This document shows positions 50,874-62,546 of a DNA stretch of 64,000 bases, piece after piece; positions within the stretch are counted from its first letter, which is position 1, and each line of letters opens with the position of its first letter. The stretch is from the IMG/VR virus record IMGVR_UViG_3300045988_160394, positions 160,001 to 224,000 of that record. The stretch is one strand, 5' to 3'. The notes under the pieces were generated by a model. The model ran no database searches. It saw nothing but the letters and a program-made list of their open reading frames with translations, and was not told the origin of the DNA. This stretch comes from a virus. The translations under genes and the position numbers were made by a program.

Positions 50874-51188
50874 TTATAATACAATACCTAGTTTAATCAG
50901 GATACTGTTCATTCTATTAACTTCTTTTCTAAGTTCAGAATTTTCTTTTGTCAAAGTTTCTATCTTTTCTTCTAGAATCTTTGTTTGTTTAGCATATTCT
51001 TCTTTAACTTTTGAGTTTTCTATTGAAAGCTTTTCTATCATCAACATAAGTTGTTCGTTAGCTGTTAAAATAAGATCTTGCTTTTTATTATTTTTGTTAA
51101 TTCATAAACCATACATAGTTCCGATTAAAGTTATTAATGCAACAATAATAGTAGCATCAATTGAATTTAAACTAGTTAGAATATCCAT
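50874..51188 (-). CDS. Small membrane-anchored coiled-coil protein, 104 aa, absent from the standard-code track
   Basis: ATG 51186-51188 with AAGGGGTG 5 nt upstream. The sequence is MDILTSLNSIDATIIVALITLIGTMYGL-W(TGA 51102)-INKNNKK..., then a heptad-like Leu/Ile/Glu/Lys-rich segment. TAA 50874-50876 is followed by a terminator hairpin. Confidence 0.6.
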
Positions 51189-51209
51189 AAAAACACCCCT
51201 TAGTTAATA

Positions 51210-54200
51210 TTAAAATAACATTGAAACCAATCCTTGAATACCTGATTGGACACCGTATTCGCCTATTTTTTTAACATCACTAGCAGTTTGACTTATGTCT
51301 CCAACTATTCATAGTCCTGGTGCACTAGTAGGACTCATAGATATATTTTGTAAAGAAACTCCTAATCCAGACATTGCTGTTACCATATTAGAAGCATATT
51401 TGATACCACCTGTACCTTTATCAAATTTATGAATGTCTGGTGCATCTTGATATTGAGCTTTTCCTTTCTCTGATTCGTAATATCCGAAATCAGATAATAA
51501 CATACCTTCGTTCTGAATAGTTTTCATTTTAACATGTTTCAAATTAACGTTAGGTTTCCAACCTCTTCAGTTCATACCAGGTAGTTTATGCTTTTTGAAA
51601 AACTTCCTGTTACTATCTACTTTTTTTACTTTCTCTCTTCAAGCTATTTGTAGAGGTTTCCTTAAATATTCTGGTAAAGATTTAAGGATTTTTTTTCTTT
51701 CGTTCTTATCAGTTTCATTCATAAAGTTTATAAAATAATCTTTATATTGATCTGGTATTGACGCTAAGATTTCATCTTGTGTAGCTCCTTCTGATAATCC
51801 ATAAATAGTAGATTCCATTGCTTTCTTGTAAGCAACTGCTGCCTTAGTATACTTACCACCTTTAAGCATGGTTTGTTGTGATTGTAAAGCCTGTATCTTA
51901 TTGTTAATCTTCATCATTTGTTGATCATATTCATATCCACCAGCTGTATATTTATTACTCAACTTTTCGGCCTTTTTAATCAATTTAGCAACTTTTTCTT
52001 TATTTTTATCTATTTTTCTAAAAGCTTTCTTTATATTTACGCTTCCTTCGAAAACAAAAGCTCTTAAAGCAGCTTGATTATATAAGCCTTTATATTTCAC
52101 ATATTCTAATCTATCAAAATATTCATCTAGTTCAAATTTCTTTTCAACTTTCTTAGGTATTCATTTTCTTCTAAACATGTCTTTATCAAAATCAGGATTC
52201 TTAATAGCTGATACACCTAATCCAACTAAAGCACCTATAGCTGCACCTTTACCATGTCCTAATTCATCTAATTTTAAATATCTAGATAATGTTTCTCCAG
52301 CAAAAGCAAATGATGCTGTTGCTTTCAATGGATTTTCAGCATTATTTCATCCTCATGCTAAAGACCCTAAAACTGCTCCAACTTCTGCTCCTACTTCTAT
52401 ATTAGTTTTCTTTCTTATATTAGTAGTTCTAACTCCTAAGTTCCATAAAGCAGCAGTACCCATTCCAAGTAAAGCTGTAGGGTTAGTTGCAGCCATTAAT
52501 GCTCCTGCTCCATATTTTAAATAAGATTCACTAGTTAGTTTCCCTATATTCATAAATAAAGCAGCGGAAGCTACTGCACCTGCATGTTGTAACATAGACT
52601 GTCCTGATATTCTATTAAACGCAGGTTTTACGAATCCTTCAATAGGATGATCCCAAGTAGTTAATGAGTTACCATAAATTTGTTCATTCATGAAAGATTC
52701 TCTAGCTGTTTCTATTTTTAAATACTTATTATGAAGGAATGGAATATTAGCATGACCAATAACTTCTTGAATAGCTCCTAATGTTTCTTGCATAGCTGAA
52801 ACATTTGCTAAATAACCTATGGCACTTGTATCTTCTTTATCTTTAGTTGCCATTCCTCTTTCTATTAATGTCTTGTTAATATTAGTTCCTAATCCATCTG
52901 TATCATATATAACAGCATTAGTAATTAATCCATCTTCTAATCTTTTTATAGCATTAGCTGATGTTCTATAGTTAATATGTTGACCTACATCTAATACATC
53001 ATGGACATCAGCATCTTTATCTAAAACAATACCTCCAAGATTAAGTTTTTCTCCTGAAGCTAATTCTACAATAGAACCATTGATGCTTTTAACTACACCT
53101 TTTTTCATTTTTACATTATTACGTATATATCTGTAATTAAAGAATTCATGGTTCCCTGACATTTTATTAGCCCTTTGTTGAATCTCTTTCATCTCTTCTA
53201 TTAACTCAGGGTCTTTTACAGTATTTCTAGCAATGTTTCTCCATATCTTATATTCTTGTGATGATGGTGCTATGTCTGCTAATATTTTAAATCTATCAAA
53301 TGCACCATATTCACCAAACTCATCTGAATGAAGTTTATTAAGAGTTTCGTATCCTTTACCAGGTAATCTCATTTCTCCTTTAGGTAATGAAGTAAATGGG
53401 TCCCCTGTTAAGAATCTTTCAGGTAATCATTCAGGCATATTATTTCTTAATGGATTATATCTAATAATAGACTTATCTTCTGATGGAAAGAAACGTCTAG
53501 CTATCTCCATTAATTCTCCACCAAAACCACCTATTTGAGAATCTCAGAATCCTCTAGAGAAACTTGTCATTGCTCCTGCATCAGCATATCTCATTTTATA
53601 GCTATCTTCTCCAAAAGCAAAGTCTCCTAAGAATCCATATATACCAGATAGCTGTTTAGCAGAATATATTCCATCTTGCATAAAATTAGTTACAAGACTT
53701 TTATTAACCAAACCAGGGTCATATATATCACTATAATATTCTGAATTTCTAACATTCATTTGATTAACAAGATTAGTGTATACATAAGTACCTTTAGTCT
53801 TATCAGGTAATACACCTTTATTGTATGCTGGGTTAGATTCATAACCAGTTAAATAATTCGCTGCTTTTTTAATATACTTATTTAATCCAGAAACTATTTG
53901 TCTAGCTATTACTCCTGTTTCTTGAGATTGGCTAGATATTGTTTGTACAATAGGGCTATTAGGATCTATTGCTTGTGTTTTATCGAATGCTGGATTAACA
54001 TCTCCATTAGGAACATTTAAATGATTAAAAGATTCAACATCATTTTCTACAAAACCTACTCCAGGAGAAGAAACTTCTCCATGAGAAATGTTTATATTCA
54101 TATGGCCGTCTCCTGGATTACCATATGGAACATACTTAGCATTTCTTACATCAGTACCTTCAAAAATTAAAACATCATCATTTTTATTTCCTCTAGCTTT

Positions 54201-57200
54201 AATTTTTTCGTTAATGTGTTTTAGTACCGTTCTTATATCTCTTCCATCACTACCTAATCTTTTCTTTACTTCAGGAAGCATTCTTACTGGTTTTATCATT
54301 TCTCCTAAAGTTGGATTAAGTATAGCTCCTCAAGGAGTACCTTCAGTAAATAGTTTTCCTGTTAAAGGATAAGGTCTATCATCCATATGTTTTTTCTCTA
54401 ACCAATATGGATCTAAGAATGCTCTTATAGGACTTAGAGGATGTCTAATTGTTGGTATTCAACTATGTTTCCATTTTTCATTTTCTGAACCATATATACT
54501 AACGTCTTTATAATTACTATGAGCTCTTCTTAAATAGTTAGGTTGATAGTATTGAACTGATCCTCCTCTAAATTCATTAGCTGAACCAAAGCCCCAGAAA
54601 CGTCCTCTTCTAACAACTGATACTCCATTTTCATATCATTCTTTTCTTTCATCAGCATCTTGAAATTCATTTGTTCCTGTCCAATACTCTCCTATTATAG
54701 ATGATTCTTTAGCTCAGTTAATAGCTTGACCTATACCAGTAGCATAAGCTAATTTTCTTGCTGCTATATCTACATTGGAAACTGCATTAGCTGCTGCTCC
54801 AGTAATAGAAACTCCAGTAAAGTTTTCTGATTCAAAATTAAGATAATCATATAGCTTATAAGCAGCCATTACTGGCAATACTCTTTTAAGACCTATATTT
54901 TTAATTAATTCTAAAGTAGAACCTGTATTTTCTGATGATAGATTTAATCCTACTCCTTCTAATCCTCACATTAATCTTGCAACCATAAATTGAGGTATTT
55001 GAGTAAGGGATGTGTAGTTGCTTAAATCACCATTTCTACTAGCTAGTATTTCCTTACCTGCTTGGCCTGCTAATTTAATAGCATCGTTTATTGATTTGAT
55101 TTGTCCTAATCTTGATAAAGCAGATTCTCTATTAAAAGTATAGTTGTCATACTCATTTATATAAGTTTCATTTAAACTACCAAAAGTCTTATCATAAATA
55201 TTAGTTCTAGATCCTAAATCGTCTATCATATTTATGTATTCTTGTTTAAACGTAGGACTAGTAGTTAATAAGTCATCTAGTTTTTTTAATGGAGAACCTT
55301 CTCCTATTAATTGATTAAGATGCAAATCCTGGTCAAAGTCATTATAGATTTCTAAGTTCTTTTGCATAATAGACCAGTTAGCAAGATATCTTAAATTCTT
55401 TTGTTGTTCTAAAGTTAAGTTAGAGTTTTGTAGAACCTTTTCTAAATTAACTATTCCAGATTTAACTCCACCATTAGATTCTCTTAACATAACTTCTTTA
55501 AGAGCTTCTCTTCTAATAACGTTTTCTGCATCTAATACATTAGTAGACGAAACAGAATATCCAAATATACTTTTACTATCTACTTGAGATATGTTTTGCA
55601 TATTCATTAAATGGTCTATATTAGATAAACCTTTATTAAATATATTGTTTAAATCCTGATTAAAGAAATTACTTTCTCCTGAATTATTTATTAAATGTAA
55701 TAATTCTTCAGCATTTTCATACTCTTTATTATTTAAAATATTAAGTATTCTTAACGATTCTTTATCTGTTATTGCTCCAGAATGTATCAATGAAGATATA
55801 GAAGAATCAGTCACTTGTTGAGAAGCAGTTATATCATTTAATATAGATGATAATTTTTTATTATCTTCTAATACCATATTTGCTATATTTGCAGAAGCTT
55901 CTAATAAACTTTCTTCTGAAAAATCCATTCCTTTTGCTTCAGCATAAACGTAAGATAGTTGATCTATTTTTTCTTCTGTACTTAAATCACTACCTATAAA
56001 TCTTTTTACTCTTAATAGCTTGTCTTTAACTCTATCTTGGTCTTTCTTACTATTGCCAGTAAAAATGTCTTTTATTTTATTAAACATAGTATAGGAACCA
56101 GTTTGATCAATGTCTAATTTTTTAGCAAGCTCATTATCACTTGCTGTTAATATGTCTTTATTAGTACCTAAGAACTCTTTTGTTAATCTAGCCCCTTTAC
56201 CATGCATATTATTATTTATAATACCATCTGCTATCTTATCTGAAAGAACTAAATTGCCTTGTTCATCTAAAACAGTTTCAAACAACTTTGCTTTTTTAGT
56301 ACTAGCGTTACCTATAGCTATTTTAGAAGTGAAAGCAGTTGTACTAGTATTTCCTTCTTCATAAGCTCCTAATAATGAAGTATTTAAAGCTTTAAAGTTA
56401 ACGAATATAGGATTACTCTTTTTTAATTTTATAGCATCTGTTAATCCAAATATTCTACCTAGAGTACTTACTGAAAAGTCATCTATAGCTTTATTAGCCA
56501 TATCTCTTACTTCGGCCGTACTATATATTTCACCATTTCTATTTATTCTAATAGCTTTATCAAAGATAGTATTGTCATCTAATTCAGGCATTTTATCAAT
56601 AAAGTCTTTTAAATTCTTTTTGACTAATCTACCATTTTCATCTTTAGTTACATAATCAAACATTCTAGGATTATAGTCTTTAGACTCAGTAAACTTTTTA
56701 AAGTCTCCAAGAGTCATTGCTTTATCTCCAGAAAATAATAGTTCACTATCTATTTCTAAACCTAAAACATTCTTTGCGAATTTATCTACTTTACCAAAGA
56801 TAGTATCACTTGTTTTCTTATTATCTAATAAGCTATTTCTTAATTCTTTATCTACTTGTTCTCTTATCTTTCTAGTCTTAGAAAAGTTATTTCTTACTTT
56901 TTCAGATATATCTTTTTTAGAATTATATATATATTCTAAGAATTCTTGTTTCTCTTCATTAGAGAAATTCATCTTATTGAAATGCTTATCTAAGAAATTA
57001 GAAAAAGCTATCTTATTATCTTTAGATACTACTGCATTTTCATTTATTTTTTCATAAGCCTCTAAAGCAGTATTTTTAATCGTAACTGGATTTCTTTCGA
57101 TGTTTTCTTTTTTTGTATATTTAGCAATAAGCTTAAATACTTCTTGTTTCTTTAATTCAGTTTCATAGTTAGCTTTAATACCTCTAATAGCATCTGAAGC

Positions 57201-57575
57201 TCTTACTTGATCTATGTTTTTTATTTGACCAAATAAATTATTTTTTCTAGTACTGTTAAATTTAAAAGAATCTTTTCTAAGTTTTCTTTCTTCTTCAAAA
57301 GTCTTTTTGCCTAATCGGAAAGCATCTCTTAAATCTTCACCAATAGTTCTTTTATCTAATCCTGTTCTAGTTGCTTTTAAATCTCTAAGCTCTTTATTAG
57401 CTTTTTTAATAGCCGTTTTAGCAGAAGGAATAAATTCACTTGATAAAGTTCTTTTTAAAGATGTATTATTAAAAACAGCTGCACCGCCTCCTATGGCTAA
57501 TGCAGCTGCTCCAACTTTGGCGACTTTACTAACTGTAGAAGAATCTCTTTCTTTATCTCTTCTTTTTTTAGCCAA
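51210..57575 (-). CDS. 2121 aa protein in the tape-measure position (putative tape measure / tail-lumen protein) (table 4)
   Basis: TTG start 57573-57575 with AAAGAGGTGA 5 nt upstream. Fragments 54966-57575, 53544-54299, 52353-53372, 51639-52100 and 51309-51542 all have a start coordinate = 0 mod 3. I translated all gaps. Thirteen in-frame TGA: 54966, 54714, 54636, 54459, 54330, 53544, 53427, 52353, 52347, 52161, 51639, 51567, 51309. TAA at 51210. Hydrophobic Gly/Ala-rich segments near the N-terminus (VAKVGAAALAIGGGAAVF) and the C-terminal third (GAEVGAVLGSLAWGW, GKGAAIGALVGLGVSAI). It lies after the chaperone-like genes, as in sheath-tube-chaperone-tape measure modules. Confidence 0.55.
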
Positions 57576-57597
57576 GTATTATCACCTCTTTATTGTT

Positions 57598-58392
57598 TTA
57601 TCTCAAAGCCACTGGTACTGTACTAGCAGATTGACTTTCATATCCAGTAAACATAGCATCGGCATCCCAATCTATATCTGGATACATTTTTCTAAAATCT
57701 AAGTATTGTTTATACTCACTTTCAGTCATTTCTCTTGATCCAACTTTTATTTTAGCAGAGCCATCTGAATAATGTTGAGATGCTTTTTGTTCTACATGCT
57801 CTTCATCATTTTCATCATGGTCTTCATAATATTCTTCTTCATCATCTGTTTCTATATTAGCTCTTAAGAAATCTGCTAAATCATTTTGTAATTCAAGATT
57901 TCTAAATGTAGTTAAGTTATATTCTGCTTTTACAAACATCTTGCAGAATTTAATCATATCTCATTCTTCTATTTCTTCTATTCTATAATTAGGGAAAGCT
58001 TCTGCTATTATACAAGTCATTTGTGAATCCATCTCTTGTAATTCTTCCCTAAAAGAATTTAATAACTGTAGTATCTGATCTGCTCTTAAAAATGAGTTAT
58101 CTAATATTTGTTCGTAAAGTAAGCTAGGAATGCCTGCTTCTATTTCATCCAAATCAATTTCAGTAGGATATAAAAGGGTAGCTTCAATTATTTCATCTTC
58201 TTTCTCTATTTGTTCAAGCTGATTATTTAATATAATGCTTTTATATTCTTTTCTATTAAGAGGTCTATATATGAAGTTATATCCTCCTATATCAGCAAAA
58301 AAAATAACTTCATGTTTAGACATTAAATCTTTAACTACTGCATCGAAATCAGCTTCTTGTTGTCTATTTTTAGAAGCGTTTGATATTTTCAT
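57598..58392 (-). CDS. Tail assembly chaperone-like protein with acidic C-terminal extension, 264 aa if TGA 57961 is decoded
   Basis: ATG 58390-58392 with AAAGGCGGT upstream. The 143 aa N-terminal part is a paralogue of 58396-58812 (VIFFADIGGYNFIYRPLNRKEYKSII vs VFITEISGTDLQIIWKRLKRSEYKEIL). In-frame TGA at 57961 joins it to fragment 57598-57957. It occupies the position between the tube genes and the tape-measure-position gene. TAA at 57598. Confidence 0.5.
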
Positions 58393-58395
58393 ATT

Positions 58396-58812
58396 TTATA
58401 CCGCCTTTGTGCTTGTTATACCAAATCCAGTCTTTATCATTGTTTCGGATGCTATATAGTCAGATATACCTGCAAAGTCTTCTATTAATTCGTCTACATT
58501 CTCAGGATAAAGTATTACCTTCTTTGCAAAAGCTTCTTGTTTTTCATAAAAAGCTAAATCTGGATCTTCAGAATAAGTATCAGTTAATATCTCTTTATAT
58601 TCACTTCTCTTTAATCTTTTCCATATGATTTGTAAATCTGTACCAGATATTTCAGTTATGAATACTTCTTTTAATTTATATTTTTCTTTTAATTCCTCAG
58701 CTATCATTTCTATTGGTTTTGTTTTCTCAACCTTAACTTCTTCAGAAGTTACTTGATCTTTTATAACTTCTTCTTTTTTTGTATTATTTTTTTTCATTCT
58801 TAAATCCTCCAT
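58396..58812 (-). CDS. Tail assembly chaperone-like protein (paralogue of 57598-58392)
   Basis: Intact ORF. GGAGGA sits 7 nt before the second ATG (58795-58797), which is therefore the likelier start. TAA at 58396. The call rests on its position and its similarity to the next gene. Confidence 0.5.
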   Translation of the reverse strand: MEDLRMKKNNTKKEEVIKDQVTSEEVKVEKTKPIEMIAEELKEKYKLKEVFITEISGTDLQIIWKRLKRSEYKEILTDTYSEDPDLAFYEKQEAFAKKVILYPENVDELIEDFAGISDYIASETMIKTGFGITSTKAV

Positions 58813-58840
58813 TTTTATTTATTTTCTAATAATTAGTATA

Positions 58841-59905
58841 TTAAGATTTGCTTATATACATAGTACAACTTTTATTAACTTTAAATACTGTATCTATTTC
58901 TGTTCTATATAAGCTGAATTCTAGAGAACAATTTATACCTTTTCCAGAATTAATTTTAGAATTTAGTTTTTCTATGTCACTTTTATCAGTTATTCTGCAT
59001 ACTCATCCTTGATCACAATAAGTTAGCGTATATGTTTTAGATAAGTTTATTTTACTATCAGAAATAGTTAATTTAATATTATTAATCTTATCTCCGCTTT
59101 TCTTATTTATTATTTCAGGAAATGCTACAGAAATTAAACAATTATCTTTGTCTAATTTTCTTAATGCAATATTAGTAACGATAGCTAAATAATTTTGATT
59201 ACCTAACGCTTTACTCTTTGCAGTATCAACATCACTTTTATTTTTCTCTTCTACAACAACATAATCATATTTATTATTTGCTGATTTTAAATTAGGATTA
59301 GGAGTTGGAGTATTATCTTTAACATTGCCATCTTCTTCAGTCTTTTTATAAGATAAGTTTCTTGCTATAAAACTATATACTTCTGCTATAGGTTCTCCAC
59401 TAGTGTCAAGAACTTGTTGATACCCTGTTATATAAACTCCTTCTATAACTTGGAATGTTGCATTATATGATGTTTCATTACTTACGTTATATCCACCATA
59501 TCCTATCACTATATCAAAACACTTTCTAAATAAAGCTGCATTTAATGGATCACATGAAACTCCAACTTTGTCATAAGGATTCGCTATAGATGATTCTGGT
59601 ATACGTTCTAATAAATTAGCTATATAACCTACTTCTGTAAAGTTAATTATAAAAGTACCTTCTACTAATTTCTGTCCAATAATTATTCTAGATGGAAGAA
59701 AGCTATTAAAACCATATATGGGTTTTTTCTGTTCAGTATAAGTAAAATCAATTCTAGCTATATCTATTATTCTTTCTCCACCAATAAACATTTCTGCATC
59801 TATTGAAGAGAAATACCTTTTATGTGTTCCAGCATATTTAGTTGTACTAGTAATTAAGTCTCTATCACTAGCTTGTACTCCATACGTAAAATAAGGCTTA
59901 GCCAT
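58841..59905 (-). CDS. Tail tube-fold paralogue 3, 354 aa under table 4
   Basis: ATG 59903-59905 overlaps the upstream TAA (TAATG). SSIDAEMFIGGERIIDIARIDFTYTEQKKPIYGFNS...GQKLVEGTFIINF aligns with the tube GGSDIVATFNGKTIGELQAITYSITREKVPVYTMGS...GKRGIAGNLVFITF. FDIVIGYGGYN... aligns with FDITITFANEYG. In-frame TGA at 59003 adds 53 aa. TAA at 58841. Confidence 0.6.
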
Positions 59906-62460
59906 TAAATCACCTCCAAATCTATTGAATAAGCTTTTGTATTTAGATTATCCATTATTACAAATCCTGATTTTATTACAGGATTACTATCTATCATATA
60001 AAAAATATTTATATCATAATTGTCATTTATAATTGCTGAGTTAGAATCATAATGATACACATTATAACTATCTTTTTTAATGCATATTTGAATAAGTTGA
60101 GAATCGTTTGCTTTATCAAAAATGATTGTTTTATTTTTAGAATCATATATTGCTTTTTTATACTTTTCTTTATTTATACATTTTTCATTAAAGATAGTCT
60201 TATATAATTCATAAAGCAAATCAAAACTATCACTTTTTAATGATAAGATATTTTGAGCATAAGATGGCTCAACATTTTTTACAAATGTATTCTCACTATT
60301 TACTATAGATGATACATCTGATAAATATCCTTTTTTATTTATATTGCTTTCTATTTTTTTTGTAATCATATTACAATCGTTATTCTTTAAATAATTATTA
60401 ACATCATTACTATCTTCTAATAAAGATACAAAACCTACATCTGAAATAATACTGTACTGTTCGTTTTCTATTCATAATGCAAATATATCATCTTTATTAA
60501 TAGCTGTTAAATACTTATTTAATACTAAAGTTTTATCTTTATCTGTAAATTTTATTTTTCTAAAAGTTGTAGTATCTAAACATTCACTTAATTTAGATAT
60601 GCATAAATAATATATATTATCTTTGTTTCCTAAGTTTTCTATATAATCAACATCGGCTATTAAATCTAAAGATTCATTTATATATCCACCAGGAGCTTTT
60701 AATAAATATATATCTTTATCTTTGTTTTCTTTAGCTGTTAAACATTTTAAAGATAAATTAGATAATTTAGAATTACTTAAAGACGGTGTATCGTATTTTT
60801 CTAATGTATTAACACTATTATATATATTTTTTAAGAAACCTTTGTCATTGTCTGAAAAAGAATAAAAACAATATCTTGGTGATTTAATATTGTTATTATT
60901 TATACCTATTACATTATACAATGTATTACTTTTTCCAGTGTATGTTACTTCAGTAGGATAAGAAAGTGTAGATTCATAATAATTTTTATTATTTCTATCT
61001 ATAAAAACATTTGCTTTTATAACACCATTATTAAATTTAAATGTATTGCCAAATACATTATCTATTTTTTTTGTTGGCATGTAATCATAATTATCACTAT
61101 TAATAGAAGATATAAATTCGTTATTATATTTTACTGCCATTAACATTAGTTCTTTTGATTTTATATCTTTCTTACTACTAAGAGTATTTATAAAGTTTTC
61201 ATCTTTTAATTCATCTAAAATAGGAATATATGAATTGAAATCACTTGCTAATAACATTTTATTGTTCTTTACATATTCTTTGTATTGATTAACAAAACTA
61301 TCTTTAACTTCTAAAGTTCTTACTTTAACACTTTTACTAAAGTTATTATCTAGTTTTGTATATATAAGATAATCTTGATTACTTTCTAAATTATTAAAAG
61401 TACATCTTCTAGATATTAACTCTTGTTCTATCTTTTTATTAGTAGCAATATCAATACAAACACATGTATCATGGCTACTATTGTTAGACATAACTTTTAT
61501 AGAACTATTAGTAACTAATTCTATAATAGGAGCATCATCTGATATTGTATTAAACACAATAACTTTATTAACAGCAAAAGTAGCTGTATTTGATAATGTT
61601 TGACCTTTATTATGATATCAAGCGGAATACTCTCCAGGTTTCATATAAGCATAATGTGTTTTACTTTTTTCATTTATTTGTACTTCTTTAACTATATTAT
61701 TAGTTTTTCTATCAGATATAGATATAGTACCTACTACTTGATTTGGCGAAAGATAAAACTTAACCAAACCTTCATCTTCATTTGAAGAAGGTTGTTCAAC
61801 TATTGCTGATAAGTATATCTTTTTAAAATTGTTTGAATTAGTTATATTATTTATATCATGAATAGACTCTCCTAGATTGTTAGGCTTAGATATATTTCTA
61901 TTTGGATGAGTAGAAATAACTTTATTATTTTTATTAGATTGATTACTTCCTACTTCTATTCCTTTTCTTAATGGTTCCATAGCTGTAGCTACAAATTGAT
62001 AAGTATTTTCTGTATATAAATCGTTGATTGACATAACTTGTCCTTCATTAATTATTCTTAATCCATATATAGCCATTCTAGAAGTTCTTCCGTATTCGTT
62101 AGCAAATGTTATAGTAATATCTAAAGCAGGTAATTCATCAGGAAGAAAGAATTCTTTACCTGTAGCGGTTTTTAAATCATCAAACATCTCTGTTGCAAAA
62201 TGCTGATCGAAAACAGCAAATACTAAAGATCCAGCAATTGTTCTTTGACCTAATGTATAATCTAGAGCATTAGCACTTCCAATAACTCTAACTGGTTTTT
62301 TATCTTGGTGAGTAGAAACAGATAAAGTTTGAATAGAGCCTAATGTATAAACTTTTTCAGCAACGTTACCATTAGCTCCAGTTACAACATTTAATCTAGC
62401 AGTAACAACTATATCACAACCAGAATAACTGTCATATCCTTTTATTTCGAATTTAGCCAT
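59905..62460 (-). CDS. Tail tube-fold paralogue 2 with ~650 aa C-terminal extension, 851 aa under table 4
   Basis: ATG 62458-62460 with AAGGAGGA upstream. The N-terminal ~190 aa is paralogous to the tube (LDITITFANEYGRTSRMAIYGLRIINEG vs FDITITFANEYGNKASTVLYGVELLNEG). Fragments 61618-62460, 60472-61557 and 59905-60369 are in one frame, joined by TGA at 61618 and 60472. I translated both gaps. No SD precedes the internal GTG 61557 or ATG 60369. TAA at 59905. Confidence 0.65.
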
Positions 62461-62508
62461 TATATATCCTCCTTTTTTATTTTAGATATAGCTTTAATAT
62501 ATGTTTAC

Positions 62509-62540
62509 AAAAAAAAGAGGAAGTACTGAGACTTCCTCTT
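62509..62540 (-). terminator. Rho-independent terminator after the tube gene
   Basis: Perfect 10 bp stem: aagaggaagt (62515-62524) pairs with acttcctctt (62531-62540), with a 6 nt loop. On the minus-strand transcript it is followed by U6 (plus-strand A-run 62509-62514). Confidence 0.8.
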
Positions 62541-62546
62541 AAAAAA

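Noticed and set aside
57598-58812. Canonical -1 programmed frameshift (G/G-T) in the chaperone-like genes
   Set aside because: By eye I found no overlapping shifted ORF extending from either gene. The only extension is in frame, through TGA 57961. A computational slippery-site scan would still be needed to exclude it.
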